From contig NC_000962.3 in assembly GCF_000195955.2 (NCBI RefSeq), positions 2,610,001 through 2,642,000 on the forward strand: a stretch of 32,000 bases of DNA, read 5' to 3'. Made by a program: the position numbers and the translations under genes. Source of the stretch: Mycobacterium tuberculosis H37Rv (GTDB taxonomy: Bacteria; Actinomycetota; Actinomycetes; Mycobacteriales; Mycobacteriaceae). Of the stretch, positions 1 through 9,581 are shown piece by piece; the first letter of the stretch is position 1; every line of letters begins with the position of its first letter. The notes beneath the pieces were generated by a model, which was not told where the DNA came from, ran no database searches, and was given only the letters and a program-made list of their open reading frames with translations.

Positions 1-1
1 A

Positions 2-421
2 ACCGCGGAGGTCGGCGACGACGTCACGATCTATCACGGCGTCACTCTCGGCGGCAGTGGCATGGTTGGCGGGAAACGCCATCCCACCGTCGGTGACCGC
101 GTGATCATCGGCGCCGGGGCCAAGGTCCTCGGTCCGATCAAGATCGGCGAGGACAGCCGGATCGGCGCCAATGCCGTCGTGGTCAAGCCCGTCCCGCCGA
201 GCGCGGTGGTGGTCGGGGTGCCCGGGCAGGTCATCGGCCAAAGCCAGCCCAGTCCCGGCGGCCCGTTTGATTGGAGGCTGCCCGATCTCGTGGGAGCCAG
301 CCTCGATTCGCTGCTCACCAGGGTGGCCAGGCTGGAGGCCCTCGGCGGCGGCCCGCAAGCAGCAGGAGTCATCCGGCCACCCGAAGCCGGGATATGGCAC
401 GGCGAGGACTTCTCGATCTGA
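2..421 (+). CDS. cysE: Serine O-acetyltransferase, C-terminal part (5' end outside window)
   Basis: The frame is open from the window edge. The translation [62 protein letters not shown] shows the hexapeptide-repeat left-handed beta-helix typical of CysE. Stop TGA at 419-421. Confidence 0.85.
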   Translation, partial: TAEVGDDVTIYHGVTLGGSGMVGGKRHPTVGDRVIIGAGAKVLGPIKIGEDSRIGANAVVVKPVPPSAVVVGVPGQVIGQSQPSPGGPFDWRLPDLVGASLDSLLTRVARLEALGGGPQAAGVIRPPEAGIWHGEDFSI

Positions 422-836
422 GGCAATACCCGGCCGCCGACAATGCCTTCTTCGGCGCCGCCCACCGACGCGCATCATCGGCTGCTAGCCCCCGCACCGG
501 GTTCCGTCCTCGCCGAATTCACCTCGGGCCGGAGGTTGAGCTGCTTGGGCTTCGGCAGCCGAAACCGGGGCGATACAAACGTGGGTTGCGGATACGACCG
601 CTTTGCGACGCGGTTTGTCCAACGCAGGCTTGGAAAACTTCTCCAAGCACGAGCGAGATTACTGATTCGAATTGGCTCTTGACAGCACCGGCGAAGAGGT
701 GTAGAGATGCGAATCACTATGTGGACAGCAATCTTTGGAAAGCTCTTGCTGTCAAATCCGTCACGAACCTATGCTTAGCGATACCTTGCGCCAAACATGC
801 AGTCGCTTGACCGTTGAGATCGCTGAGGTATCGGCC

Positions 837-1805
837 ATGGATGTCCCTCACGAGCAGCCAGCCCTCTCTTCGAGCAAATCGAATCGCTTTACTTCGCAAA
901 GGCAAACAACTGGTGTGGGAACCACCACTGTTGAACGGCTCGAACCGCGGTTATCTCCCGCGTCCCGCCACATCACTGAGGCTAAAGCTTTCGGCACCGA
1001 GTGCCACGTAAGTTCCTTTACCCGTGAGCAGGATCCCGACAGGGCGGTCCGTGTGGAGCAGATCCACGGTGAAGCGTATGTCGCCGCCGGCCATGTGTAC
1101 GAATCTGCGCTCGATGAATTGGGCCGGCTGGACAATTCCAACGCCGAGTTCATCCTCGACAAGGCACGCGGTAGCACCCGAGAAACCGAGGTCATATACC
1201 TGCATGCGGTTCCCGCGGAGCCCCTCTCCGGCAGCCAAGGCGAAGGAGGCCTGCGAATAGTCGGCATTTCCGCTGTGGGGTCAATTGACGACCTCAGTGC
1301 ATTTAAGGCCGCCAAACCGTCGATGGGCCTGGCGCATCAACGCAAGCTTTATGACGCGATCGAAGACCTGGGTCACGGCGGGGTCAAGGAGATTGCGGCA
1401 TTATCGGTTACGGCCGATGCCCCTCCCACGGTGTCGTATTCGCTCATCCGGGAGGTTTTGCGCTTGTACCACCGAACCGGCGAAAAATTGATAATCACAT
1501 TTGCCATGCCAGCATACGCCAAGATGGTGATGAATTTTGGTCGATTTGCGATGCCTCAAGTGGGCGAACCGTTCTATGCGCACAGAAATAATGACCCTAG
1601 GACATCGAATGATCTCTTGCTGGTTCCCTCAATAGTCGAGCCATCGAATTTTCTCGAGAATATTTCCCGCGGGGTCGTGACAGCGGATGACGGCCCGACC
1701 GCGAGAAGGCGATTCGCCACCCTATGCTATATGACCGACGGCCTTGATGACTATTTCATGCCGTTGACTCGGCAGGTCCTTAGCGAAGGAATCCAAGACA
1801 TCTGA
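837..1805 (+). CDS. Hypothetical protein (Rv2336-like); possible GNAT/N-acyl-synthase-like fold (inference only)
   Basis: ORF track 735..1805. The ATG at 837 is preceded by GAGG (825-828) about 8 nt upstream. The TTG at 735 and ATG at 771 are alternative starts. Codon usage is AT-richer than neighbouring genes. I see no recognisable catalytic motif, only a pattern resemblance (see findings). Confidence 0.6.
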   Translation: MDVPHEQPALSSSKSNRFTSQRQTTGVGTTTVERLEPRLSPASRHITEAKAFGTECHVSSFTREQDPDRAVRVEQIHGEAYVAAGHVYESALDELGRLDNSNAEFILDKARGSTRETEVIYLHAVPAEPLSGSQGEGGLRIVGISAVGSIDDLSAFKAAKPSMGLAHQRKLYDAIEDLGHGGVKEIAALSVTADAPPTVSYSLIREVLRLYHRTGEKLIITFAMPAYAKMVMNFGRFAMPQVGEPFYAHRNNDPRTSNDLLLVPSIVEPSNFLENISRGVVTADDGPTARRRFATLCYMTDGLDDYFMPLTRQVLSEGIQDI

Positions 1806-1868
1806 GTTCTGGAAGCGGTAATGGGCGGTCGGGCGTGCGCAACTCCGGCAACAAACAGCTTGGAGCTT

Positions 1869-2987
1869 TTACGCGAAGCGGGATTCACTATCCGAACCAG
1901 ACCGCTCGGCAGGGGCATAGCAATAAGCTTCAACCGATTGACGCATTGTGCGAACTGACGGCGCCCGCGCATGGCCAATCCGGAAGACCATCATTGGCCA
2001 GTGGCCGGGCGCTAACAGGTTCCAGCCCCCCACCAGTGCCGCTCGAACATGCGGTGCAACCCATTCGCAGGCCGGCAGGGAAAGCACCGCGGAAGCCGCA
2101 AAGGGCTGCAGTTCCGCGCCCAATAGTGTCGTCCGCAACCAGATGCGCTCGAAAACCGCGCCGGCAGTCAGCGCACCCGACGCGAGGTCGAGAGACGTCG
2201 TCAGCGCGCCCACATGGGGTGCCAATCGGCACGGCAGGTAGGCCGCGCGCAACCCGAGCGCGTGGTGCATGCCCACGGTCCGCAGGAGGCGCAGCACCCG
2301 CCAATGCCGAAGCCCACGAAACATCGGGCGCATCCACGCTTCAACCTCAAGAGACCCGGGCGGCAACCCATCGTCGCTGCTCGCGGTCCAGCCAATGTCG
2401 AAGCGGACGGCCGAAAAGAGTTCTTCGTGTAGTTCACGAGATCGAAAGCGCTCAGTTTCGGCCAATCTGACCAACCGAAGGATCTGTTTCCTGGTCTCTG
2501 GCGAGTCAAACCAATGCAGTTGGATCCCGTCAATGCCGGTGGCCTCCGCCGAGAGTGCACCCAATTCGCCCTGCGAAAGTGGCGGTCCACGAAAGCGAAC
2601 ACGCCGGTTGGTGCGCCTTCGCTCGATCGCGCCCTCGATTGGATCCACCCTGGTTTGTGGCAGGCGATCCACGTCGATCTCCGCCACCAGCCCCGGATTC
2701 CCGCTATCCGGAAACCAGCACACCTTCGTTTCAAAACCAAGGCGTCCAGCGCGCAGCTTCACGTTTTCGACAGCCGCACCGATCGCGACCAAACTCATGA
2801 TGCGGCGGTGCTCGGGGGCGGACCTCCAAGTCTGATCGCCCCACAACCGCACCCGCCTACCGGCATGTTCGAGCTGGACTTCGCGCCGGTTGTCCGCGGA
2901 TGGCGCCAGCGCCGCCGCCTCGACGAGCGACAGGAATTCAGCAGGATCCAGACCCGTCATACCCGGGCCCCAGCGGCCGGCACGCAT
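1869..2987 (-). CDS. Hypothetical protein (Rv2337c-like), two-lobed nitroreductase-superfamily-like (Acg-family-like)
   Basis: 372-aa ORF with an ATG start at 2987. The N-terminal half has LVEAAALAPSADNRREV and SLVAIGAAVENVKLRAGRLG, resembling the APSxxNxQPW and ScGAAlxN motifs of Acg-type nitroreductase-like proteins. The second half opens with IERRRTNRRVRFRGPPLSQGELGAL, which is like RRTxRxF. The assignment rests on motif resemblance only. Confidence 0.7.
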   Translation of the reverse strand: MRAGRWGPGMTGLDPAEFLSLVEAAALAPSADNRREVQLEHAGRRVRLWGDQTWRSAPEHRRIMSLVAIGAAVENVKLRAGRLGFETKVCWFPDSGNPGLVAEIDVDRLPQTRVDPIEGAIERRRTNRRVRFRGPPLSQGELGALSAEATGIDGIQLHWFDSPETRKQILRLVRLAETERFRSRELHEELFSAVRFDIGWTASSDDGLPPGSLEVEAWMRPMFRGLRHWRVLRLLRTVGMHHALGLRAAYLPCRLAPHVGALTTSLDLASGALTAGAVFERIWLRTTLLGAELQPFAASAVLSLPACEWVAPHVRAALVGGWNLLAPGHWPMMVFRIGHARAPSVRTMRQSVEAYCYAPAERSGSDSESRFA

Positions 2988-3106
2988 TGCCGTGGCAGAG
3001 TGGTCGCGCCGACGAACAGTGCGGAAGCGATATGTCTATCCCATGTTCGCTCAAACAGCGGTGCGCTGGCAGTATCTGAGTACACCATTCTAGGTGCAGC
3101 TCCCAA

Positions 3107-4063
3107 CTAGTAGCTCGGTTCCGTCCTGTGATACCGCAGTCCCGGTATTACCCCCGCCGATCGTCGATTTATGTAGCGGGCCAGCAATCGCCGCTTGACT
3201 CTCTGTAGAGGGTGGCGATTTCCGCACCGTAAACGCTTCCGAACATAGATGCTGCGGTAAGCATCGAACTGATGAAAGTAGGGAGCAGCGTAAACGCGCC
3301 CATGTCCGAGCAGAATCTTCAACACCTCGGCCGCCACCACACCGGAAGCCAGATGACAGGCGAGGCCAACCGATGGACCCGTGCGATTTTCGATGTCGAC
3401 GTAGGACAGATCTATGGAGCGCCGATGCGTCGCGGATGGTGCTATTCCAGCTATAAATGCGACGAACTTATCCACCGTGTTCATCGCATCAGACAGATCG
3501 AAATACCGATCGAACGTCATACCCTTAGGATCGAAAACGACCCAGGCCGTACTGAACCCGAGCGGGCCAGCGCCTAGCGCGTAGATTCCCCGCTGCTGTG
3601 CTTCACGATAGAGCAGGCGACGCAAATCGATTTCGAACGCGTCGATGCCGTCCACCAAAACATCTGCTCCCTCTAGAAAGGTAGCTGCATTCTCTTTCCC
3701 AATAGGTTCGCAGAAAGCACGGATTTCTGCTTCAGGGTTAATATCATGAACGATATTGCGCATGACCTCTGCCTTGGCCTGGCCGTTGGTCGAGCGCATA
3801 GCGCCGTACTGCCGATTCGAGTTGCGTATTTCGAAGACGTCCGGGTCTGCAATGGTGAACTTTCCTATTCCCATCCTTGCGAGGGCGACCATGTCAATTC
3901 CCCCAACCCCACCCATCCCAGCGATTGCAACGCGACTATTCCGAAGCCGTTGTTGTTCGGTTGGGCTAATCAATCCAAGGTTGCGACAGAAAGCTTCGTC
4001 ATAAGACCATGGTGCGCTTTCTTTCACCCGTCCAGAGTCGGGGGCATCCGCACCGGCTCGCAT
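3107..4063 (-). CDS. moeW: ThiF/MoeB/HesA-family E1-like adenylyltransferase (MoeW)
   Basis: Contains the Rossmann motif IAGMGGVGGIDMVALARMGIGKFTIADPDVFEIRNSNRQ typical of E1-like enzymes. I prefer the ATG at 4063 because a strong SD, GGGAGGA (4071-4077, minus strand), lies 7 nt upstream. The ORF track extends to 4144, and 4093 is another alternative. There is no CxxC pair and no rhodanese domain. Confidence 0.85.
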   Translation of the reverse strand: MRAGADAPDSGRVKESAPWSYDEAFCRNLGLISPTEQQRLRNSRVAIAGMGGVGGIDMVALARMGIGKFTIADPDVFEIRNSNRQYGAMRSTNGQAKAEVMRNIVHDINPEAEIRAFCEPIGKENAATFLEGADVLVDGIDAFEIDLRRLLYREAQQRGIYALGAGPLGFSTAWVVFDPKGMTFDRYFDLSDAMNTVDKFVAFIAGIAPSATHRRSIDLSYVDIENRTGPSVGLACHLASGVVAAEVLKILLGHGRVYAAPYFHQFDAYRSIYVRKRLRCGNRHPLQRVKRRLLARYINRRSAGVIPGLRYHRTEPSY

Positions 4064-4692
4064 CGCATCATCCTCCCACGACGGGCCGCTCATCAGCTTG
4101 GGCCATTTCAATGTACTTGATACCCCGCGCTGCGGGTAGGCCACTGCGACGATTCAAACACGGTGTCACACGGTGAATAGTGTCGAGATGGGCTCTGATC
4201 AACCGTCGCAAACCCGGTTTCGCATCGATAGCGGAATCGCACCGGGTTGCATGGAGGCTGCTGACCTTGGAAAACAAGATGTATTCATTACGACAAAACA
4301 AGCGCCGCGGAAACTTTGCACGCTCGAGCATTCCGCCGCGGCTCACGCACATCCTGGCCGCCTTCCCGCAACCGTCCCCCGGAATTACTGATCAAACCCT
4401 GGGTTTACCAACTTCCGGGCATGGGGCGAAGGTCGACAGCCAGAACATGGCCGTGCGTGATATGGGCATTCACGGGACGGAGCCGCTAAGGAGACCGGTA
4501 CGATTCAATCTCCATATGAGCGGTGCGGCGGCTGTTGTCAGGTACGTTGAACACCGGTGGCGATCGGGTGCCGGCAGGTTGGTCTTCTCCTGTGATGCGA
4601 GCGCGCCTCCGCGCCAACCACCGCGTGCGAAGCAGGTGCTGATGCCACAGTGCTGATGTCACAAGGAACCGCGAGGGGGTCCCGGACCCTAC

Positions 4693-7581
4693 ATGGTGCC
4701 GGGCGAAGTCCACATGAGTGATACGCCGTCAGGCCCGCACCCAATCATCCCGCGGACGATTCGCCTGGCCGCGATTCCCATCTTGCTGTGTTGGCTGGGA
4801 TTTACCGTTTTCGTCAGCGTCGCCGTTCCTCCGTTGGAGGCGATCGGTGAAACCCGGGCCGTGGCAGTTGCCCCCGACGATGCGCAATCGATGCGTGCGA
4901 TGCGACGTGCCGGAAAGGTGTTCAACGAATTCGATTCCAATAGCATCGCGATGGTCGTCCTGGAAAGCGATCAACCACTAGGCGAGAAGGCCCATAGGTA
5001 TTACGACCACCTGGTCGATACGCTCGTACTGGACCAGAGCCATATCCAGCACATTCAAGACTTTTGGCGTGATCCCCTGACGGCGGCGGGTGCGGTCAGC
5101 GCAGATGGTAAGGCGGCGTACGTTCAACTTTACCTCGCCGGCAACATGGGTGAAGCACTCGCAAACGAATCCGTTGAAGCCGTCCGGAAAATTGTGGCGA
5201 ATAGTACACCGCCGGAAGGCATCAGAACCTATGTCACCGGACCGGCGGCCTTGTTTGCCGACCAAATCGCCGCCGGTGACCGAAGCATGAAGCTGATCAC
5301 CGGATTAACGTTCGCGGTAATCACCGTGTTGCTGCTGCTCGTCTATCGCTCGATCGCCACCACGCTGCTGATTCTTCCCATGGTGTTTATTGGACTCGGC
5401 GCGACGCGTGGCACCATTGCCTTTCTTGGATACCACGGAATGGTCGGCCTTTCGACTTTTGTGGTCAATATCCTCACGGCACTTGCCATTGCTGCCGGTA
5501 CAGACTACGCGATCTTCCTGGTCGGCCGCTATCAAGAAGCCCGCCATATCGGCCAGAATCGCGAAGCCTCTTTCTACACGATGTACAGGGGCACCGCTAA
5601 CGTCATTCTCGGATCGGGACTGACCATCGCCGGCGCAACATATTGTCTGAGTTTCGCCCGGCTGACGCTGTTTCACACCATGGGGCCTCCGTTGGCAATA
5701 GGCATGCTGGTTTCGGTCGCGGCCGCGCTGACCCTGGCGCCCGCCATCATTGCCATCGCCGGCCGCTTCGGCTTGCTCGACCCCAAGCGAAGACTGAAGA
5801 CCAGGGGCTGGCGTCGTGTGGGTACCGCAGTCGTGCGCTGGCCCGGGCCAATTCTGGCCACGTCGGTCGCGCTTGCCCTGGTGGGATTGCTCGCACTACC
5901 GGGCTACCGGCCCGGCTATAACGATCGCTACTACCTGCGCGCTGGCACGCCTGTCAACCGCGGGTATGCGGCCGCCGACCGGCACTTTGGCCCAGCCCGG
6001 ATGAACCCCGAGATGCTGCTGGTCGAGAGCGATCAAGACATGCGAAATCCGGCCGGGATGCTCGTCATCGACAAGATCGCCAAGGAGGTCCTGCACGTGT
6101 CCGGGGTCGAGCGGGTGCAAGCGATCACCCGGCCGCAGGGGGTGCCCCTTGAGCATGCGTCGATTCCCTTTCAGATCAGCATGATGGGTGCCACCCAGAC
6201 GATGAGCCTGCCCTACATGCGCGAACGCATGGCCGATATGTTGACCATGAGCGACGAAATGCTGGTTGCGATCAATTCCATGGAACAGATGCTCGACTTG
6301 GTGCAGCAGCTCAACGACGTTACCCATGAGATGGCAGCCACGACGCGCGAGATCAAAGCTACTACCAGCGAACTGCGAGATCACCTTGCGGACATCGACG
6401 ATTTCGTCAGGCCGTTGCGTAGCTATTTCTACTGGGAGCACCATTGCTTCGACATTCCGTTGTGCTCGGCGACGCGATCACTGTTTGACACCCTAGACGG
6501 CGTCGACACGCTGACTGACCAATTGCGGGCCCTTACCGACGACATGAATAAGATGGAGGCGCTCACACCGCAATTTCTCGCACTGCTGCCGCCAATGATC
6601 ACGACCATGAAGACCATGCGGACCATGATGTTGACCATGCGATCAACAATAAGTGGCGTACAAGATCAAATGGCCGATATGCAAGACCATGCGACTGCGA
6701 TGGGGCAGGCCTTCGACACCGCAAAAAGCGGCGATTCATTCTATCTTCCTCCGGAAGCCTTCGATAATGCAGAATTCCAGCAAGGCATGAAGTTGTTTTT
6801 GTCGCCGAATGGTAAGGCGGTGCGCTTCGTAATTTCCCACGAGAGCGATCCAGCAAGTACTGAAGGTATCGATCGCATCGAAGCGATAAGGGCCGCGACC
6901 AAAGATGCCATCAAGGCGACACCATTGCAAGGCGCTAAAATCTATATCGGTGGCACGGCTGCGACCTACCAAGACATTCGAGACGGTACCAAGTACGATA
7001 TCCTCATCGTTGGTATAGCCGCGGTATGCCTGGTATTTATTGTCATGCTCATGATTACCCAGAGCCTGATTGCGTCACTCGTCATTGTTGGCACGGTACT
7101 TCTGTCATTGGGTACTGCGTTCGGACTGTCCGTGCTCATCTGGCAGCACTTTGTCGGTCTCCAGGTGCATTGGACGATCGTCGCGATGTCTGTCATCGTC
7201 TTGCTGGCCGTCGGTTCTGACTACAACCTCCTTTTGGTGTCCCGGTTCAAGGAGGAGGTCGGCGCTGGATTAAAGACCGGGATCATCCGGGCGATGGCCG
7301 GCACCGGCGCAGTTGTCACGTCGGCCGGTCTGGTATTCGCGTTCACCATGGCGTCCATGGCCGTCAGCGAACTCCGCGTTATCGGACAGGTCGGCACCAC
7401 CATCGGGCTCGGTCTACTTTTCGATACCCTGGTGGTCCGATCGTTCATGACGCCATCCATCGCAGCGCTGCTAGGTCGCTGGTTCTGGTGGCCGAACATG
7501 ATCCACTCGAGACCCACCGTCCCGGAGGCGCACACACGCCAGGGCGCTCGCCGAATTCAGCCGCATCTGCACCGGGGTTGA
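4693..7581 (+). CDS. mmpL9: MmpL-family RND transporter
   Basis: 962-aa ORF. Two blocks of multiple hydrophobic helices, at about residues 190-360 and 780-930, are separated by large soluble loops, which is the MMPL architecture. I recognise it as MmpL9. Confidence 0.9.
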
Positions 7582-7666
7582 TATGCACTTCGGTGCCGTG
7601 ATCGGCGCCCGGGGTGTTCGTCGACCATGCGACCGGCAACGCGGCCTTGCGCACAGGCGCGATCGC

Positions 7667-8908
7667 TCATTCGTGCCCGGGCGGTCGAAGACCAAGAGCG
7701 CGCAGCAGTTGGTCGCGGTCCCACGGCCGGCCGCTGCCACTAGCATTGTCGCCGGATGCTGTCAGCAGCCCATTTCGAGCTCGAAGCCCGGACAACTTCT
7801 TTAGCGTGTGGCGCAACCCCCGAAGACTCGTCAACGGAAGAAGCAGTAGCTGCTCATCGCGCCCGCCATCAGCCCGGCGCGCCGAGTTGCCCGGGTCGGC
7901 CGGGTTGCCCTGGTGTGCCGCGTTGCCGGGGTTGGTCGTCGCGTGCATCGCCTGCGCCTTGGTCGCCGGCGTCGAGCCGGATTCGGCTGCCACCGCAGAC
8001 GTGGTAGCCGGCGACACCGCAGGTGCCGTGGCTACCGCAGGTGCCACCTGTTCACCCACTCCGCCGATAGCACCGGAATGGCCTTCACCGCCGAGCCCCC
8101 AGTGCCCGCCAACCCACGGAGCCCCACCGAAGCCGGGCATCAACCCGCCCTCAGCAGAAGCGCCCGCAGCGCCGGTGCTCAGACCGCCGTCACCGCTGGC
8201 CATGCCGACTCCGCCGTCCCCGCGAACAGACCCGACGATGTCCCTGCCAGTCCCGGCACCACCGACTGCGTCTGCGCTGCCGGCCCCAGTCCCATTGCCG
8301 GCTGCGCTACCGACCCCAGCACCACTGCCACCCGGGTCCGCGACACCGGCGGCACCTGTTGCGCCGCTGCCGTGCGAAGCAGAAACGCCGCTGCCGTGCG
8401 CGGCGCCAGCCACTCCGGGGTTACCGTCGGTGCTGCCGAGCTGGCCGGCCCCATGCTGCTCGCCGACCTGACCGTTGCCGATCGGTCCGCCGTCCCAGCC
8501 CTTTCCGCCAGCCTGGCCGACACCGCCAAACCCGCCGGCACCGCGAGATTGCCCGGTGCCCGTCCCCCCAGTGCGATCTTGGGCGAGTTCGCTGACCACG
8601 CCCTGCGCTTTCTGCAGCGGCAAGGCGTTGGCGGCCTCAGCCATGGCATACGCCGCCGCGCCCTCTTGCAGGATCTGTACAAACCGGTCGTGAAACAGCG
8701 CCGCTTGAGCGCTAATGGCCTGATAGGCCTGCGCCCGCGCGCCAAACAACGCCGCGATGCCAGCCGACACGTCATCGCCGCCGGCAGCCAGCACTCCTGC
8801 CGTCGGGGCGGCCGCAGCGGCGTTGGCCGCGCGCATAGTGGAGCCGATCGCGGCTAGCTCCCCGGCCGACGCCGCCAGAACGTTCGGGGCCGCGGTAACG
8901 TGCGACAT
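7667..8908 (-). CDS. PE_PGRS39: PE_PGRS family protein (PE_PGRS39)
   Basis: The PE domain begins at [36 protein letters not shown] (ATG at 8908). It is followed by a Gly/Ala-rich degenerate PGRS region and a non-repetitive C-terminal tail. The ORF-track extension to 9004 is upstream of the PE domain and was rejected. Confidence 0.85.
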   Translation of the reverse strand: MSHVTAAPNVLAASAGELAAIGSTMRAANAAAAAPTAGVLAAGGDDVSAGIAALFGARAQAYQAISAQAALFHDRFVQILQEGAAAYAMAEAANALPLQKAQGVVSELAQDRTGGTGTGQSRGAGGFGGVGQAGGKGWDGGPIGNGQVGEQHGAGQLGSTDGNPGVAGAAHGSGVSASHGSGATGAAGVADPGGSGAGVGSAAGNGTGAGSADAVGGAGTGRDIVGSVRGDGGVGMASGDGGLSTGAAGASAEGGLMPGFGGAPWVGGHWGLGGEGHSGAIGGVGEQVAPAVATAPAVSPATTSAVAAESGSTPATKAQAMHATTNPGNAAHQGNPADPGNSARRADGGRDEQLLLLPLTSLRGLRHTLKKLSGLRARNGLLTASGDNASGSGRPWDRDQLLRALGLRPPGHE

Positions 8909-9406
8909 AAGCGAGCACCTGCCCGTGTTGCCAACTCGCTGTGACCGGATCGCTGGTCGACCCGCGTTGTCACCGCGAATCCTATCGCGATCGACCAGGA
9001 ACATCCCAGCATTCAGGCATGCCTACTGCGCCTCACACTGAAGTGTCGAGGTCGGCGGAGTCCCGGCATCATCAGGCGAGTGGCATGCACTCACCAACCG
9101 CGGCCAGCTCGGCACCAGCTTGGTGTCGGCGCACAGAGCTGTTCGGGCCCATACGTCGACGTAGCCGAACCCGCCCCGACTCTCGTCGGACACGTTCTGC
9201 TGTTTGGCGTGGCCGAACGATCAGATCTCGTCGCGCCGAACGTGTATTGCCGGGCCGGTGGAAGAGTCTGTCGGGAGAAAAAGGAAAAGCCCTGCAGAGA
9301 CTGGTGTGACACGCCTTGCGCAGCCACGCGGTCGGAAAACCGAACCTTAGCTCATCAGAACCCAACACAAGAGGCGGGACAAGCCGAGTTCAAGCCGAAC
9401 GCCCTG

Positions 9407-9479
9407 CTCCCCCGGGAGGACTCGAACCTCCAACCCTTCGGTTAACAGCCGAACGCTCTGCCAATTGAGCTACAGGGGA
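9407..9479 (-). tRNA. asnT: tRNA-Asn (anticodon GUU)
   Basis: The reverse complement folds by hand into a 73-nt cloverleaf: acceptor TCCCCTG/CGGGGGA, D arm GCTC-AATTGGCA-GAGC, anticodon arm TTCGG-CTGTTAA-CCGAA (GTT), T arm GGAGG-TTCGAGT-CCTCC, discriminator G. CCA is not encoded. Confidence 0.92.
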
Positions 9480-9581
9480 CCGCCTGGTCCGTGCGAACGC
9501 TGGCGCAGTCGCGGGACGACTCTAGCGTACTGGTGTGACGGCGCCCAACTAGGGAGATTCCTTACCGATGGGAGCAGGCTG

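Noticed and set aside
628-648. 7-bp stem / 7-nt loop hairpin GCTTGGA-aaacttc-TCCAAGC downstream of cysE
   Set aside because: The stem is short, lies about 200 nt from the cysE stop, and has no U-tract. It could arise by chance, so I do not report it as a terminator.
4180-4656. 158-aa plus-strand ORF in the moeW-mmpL9 spacer
   Set aside because: It is Arg-rich with a low-complexity composition, no SD, and no domain-like pattern. This is most likely non-coding promoter and leader DNA.
7614-8857. Long plus-strand ORFs (7614..8471, 285 aa; 7913..8857, 314 aa) overlapping PE_PGRS39
   Set aside because: These are mirror-strand ORFs of a GC-rich Gly/Ala repeat gene. Their products are Pro/Arg/Ala-rich and low-complexity with no domain. 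The PE domain on the minus strand explains the region.
8909-9004. 32-codon N-terminal extension of PE_PGRS39 in the ORF track
   Set aside because: PE proteins begin at the conserved PE domain, here MSHVTAAP... at the ATG at 8908. The extension is Arg-rich and not PE-like.
9266-9301. Imperfect inverted repeat gtctgtcggg...ccctgcagagac downstream of tRNA-Asn as a terminator
   Set aside because: Only about 8 of 10-12 positions can pair, and only with bulges. That is too weak to call.
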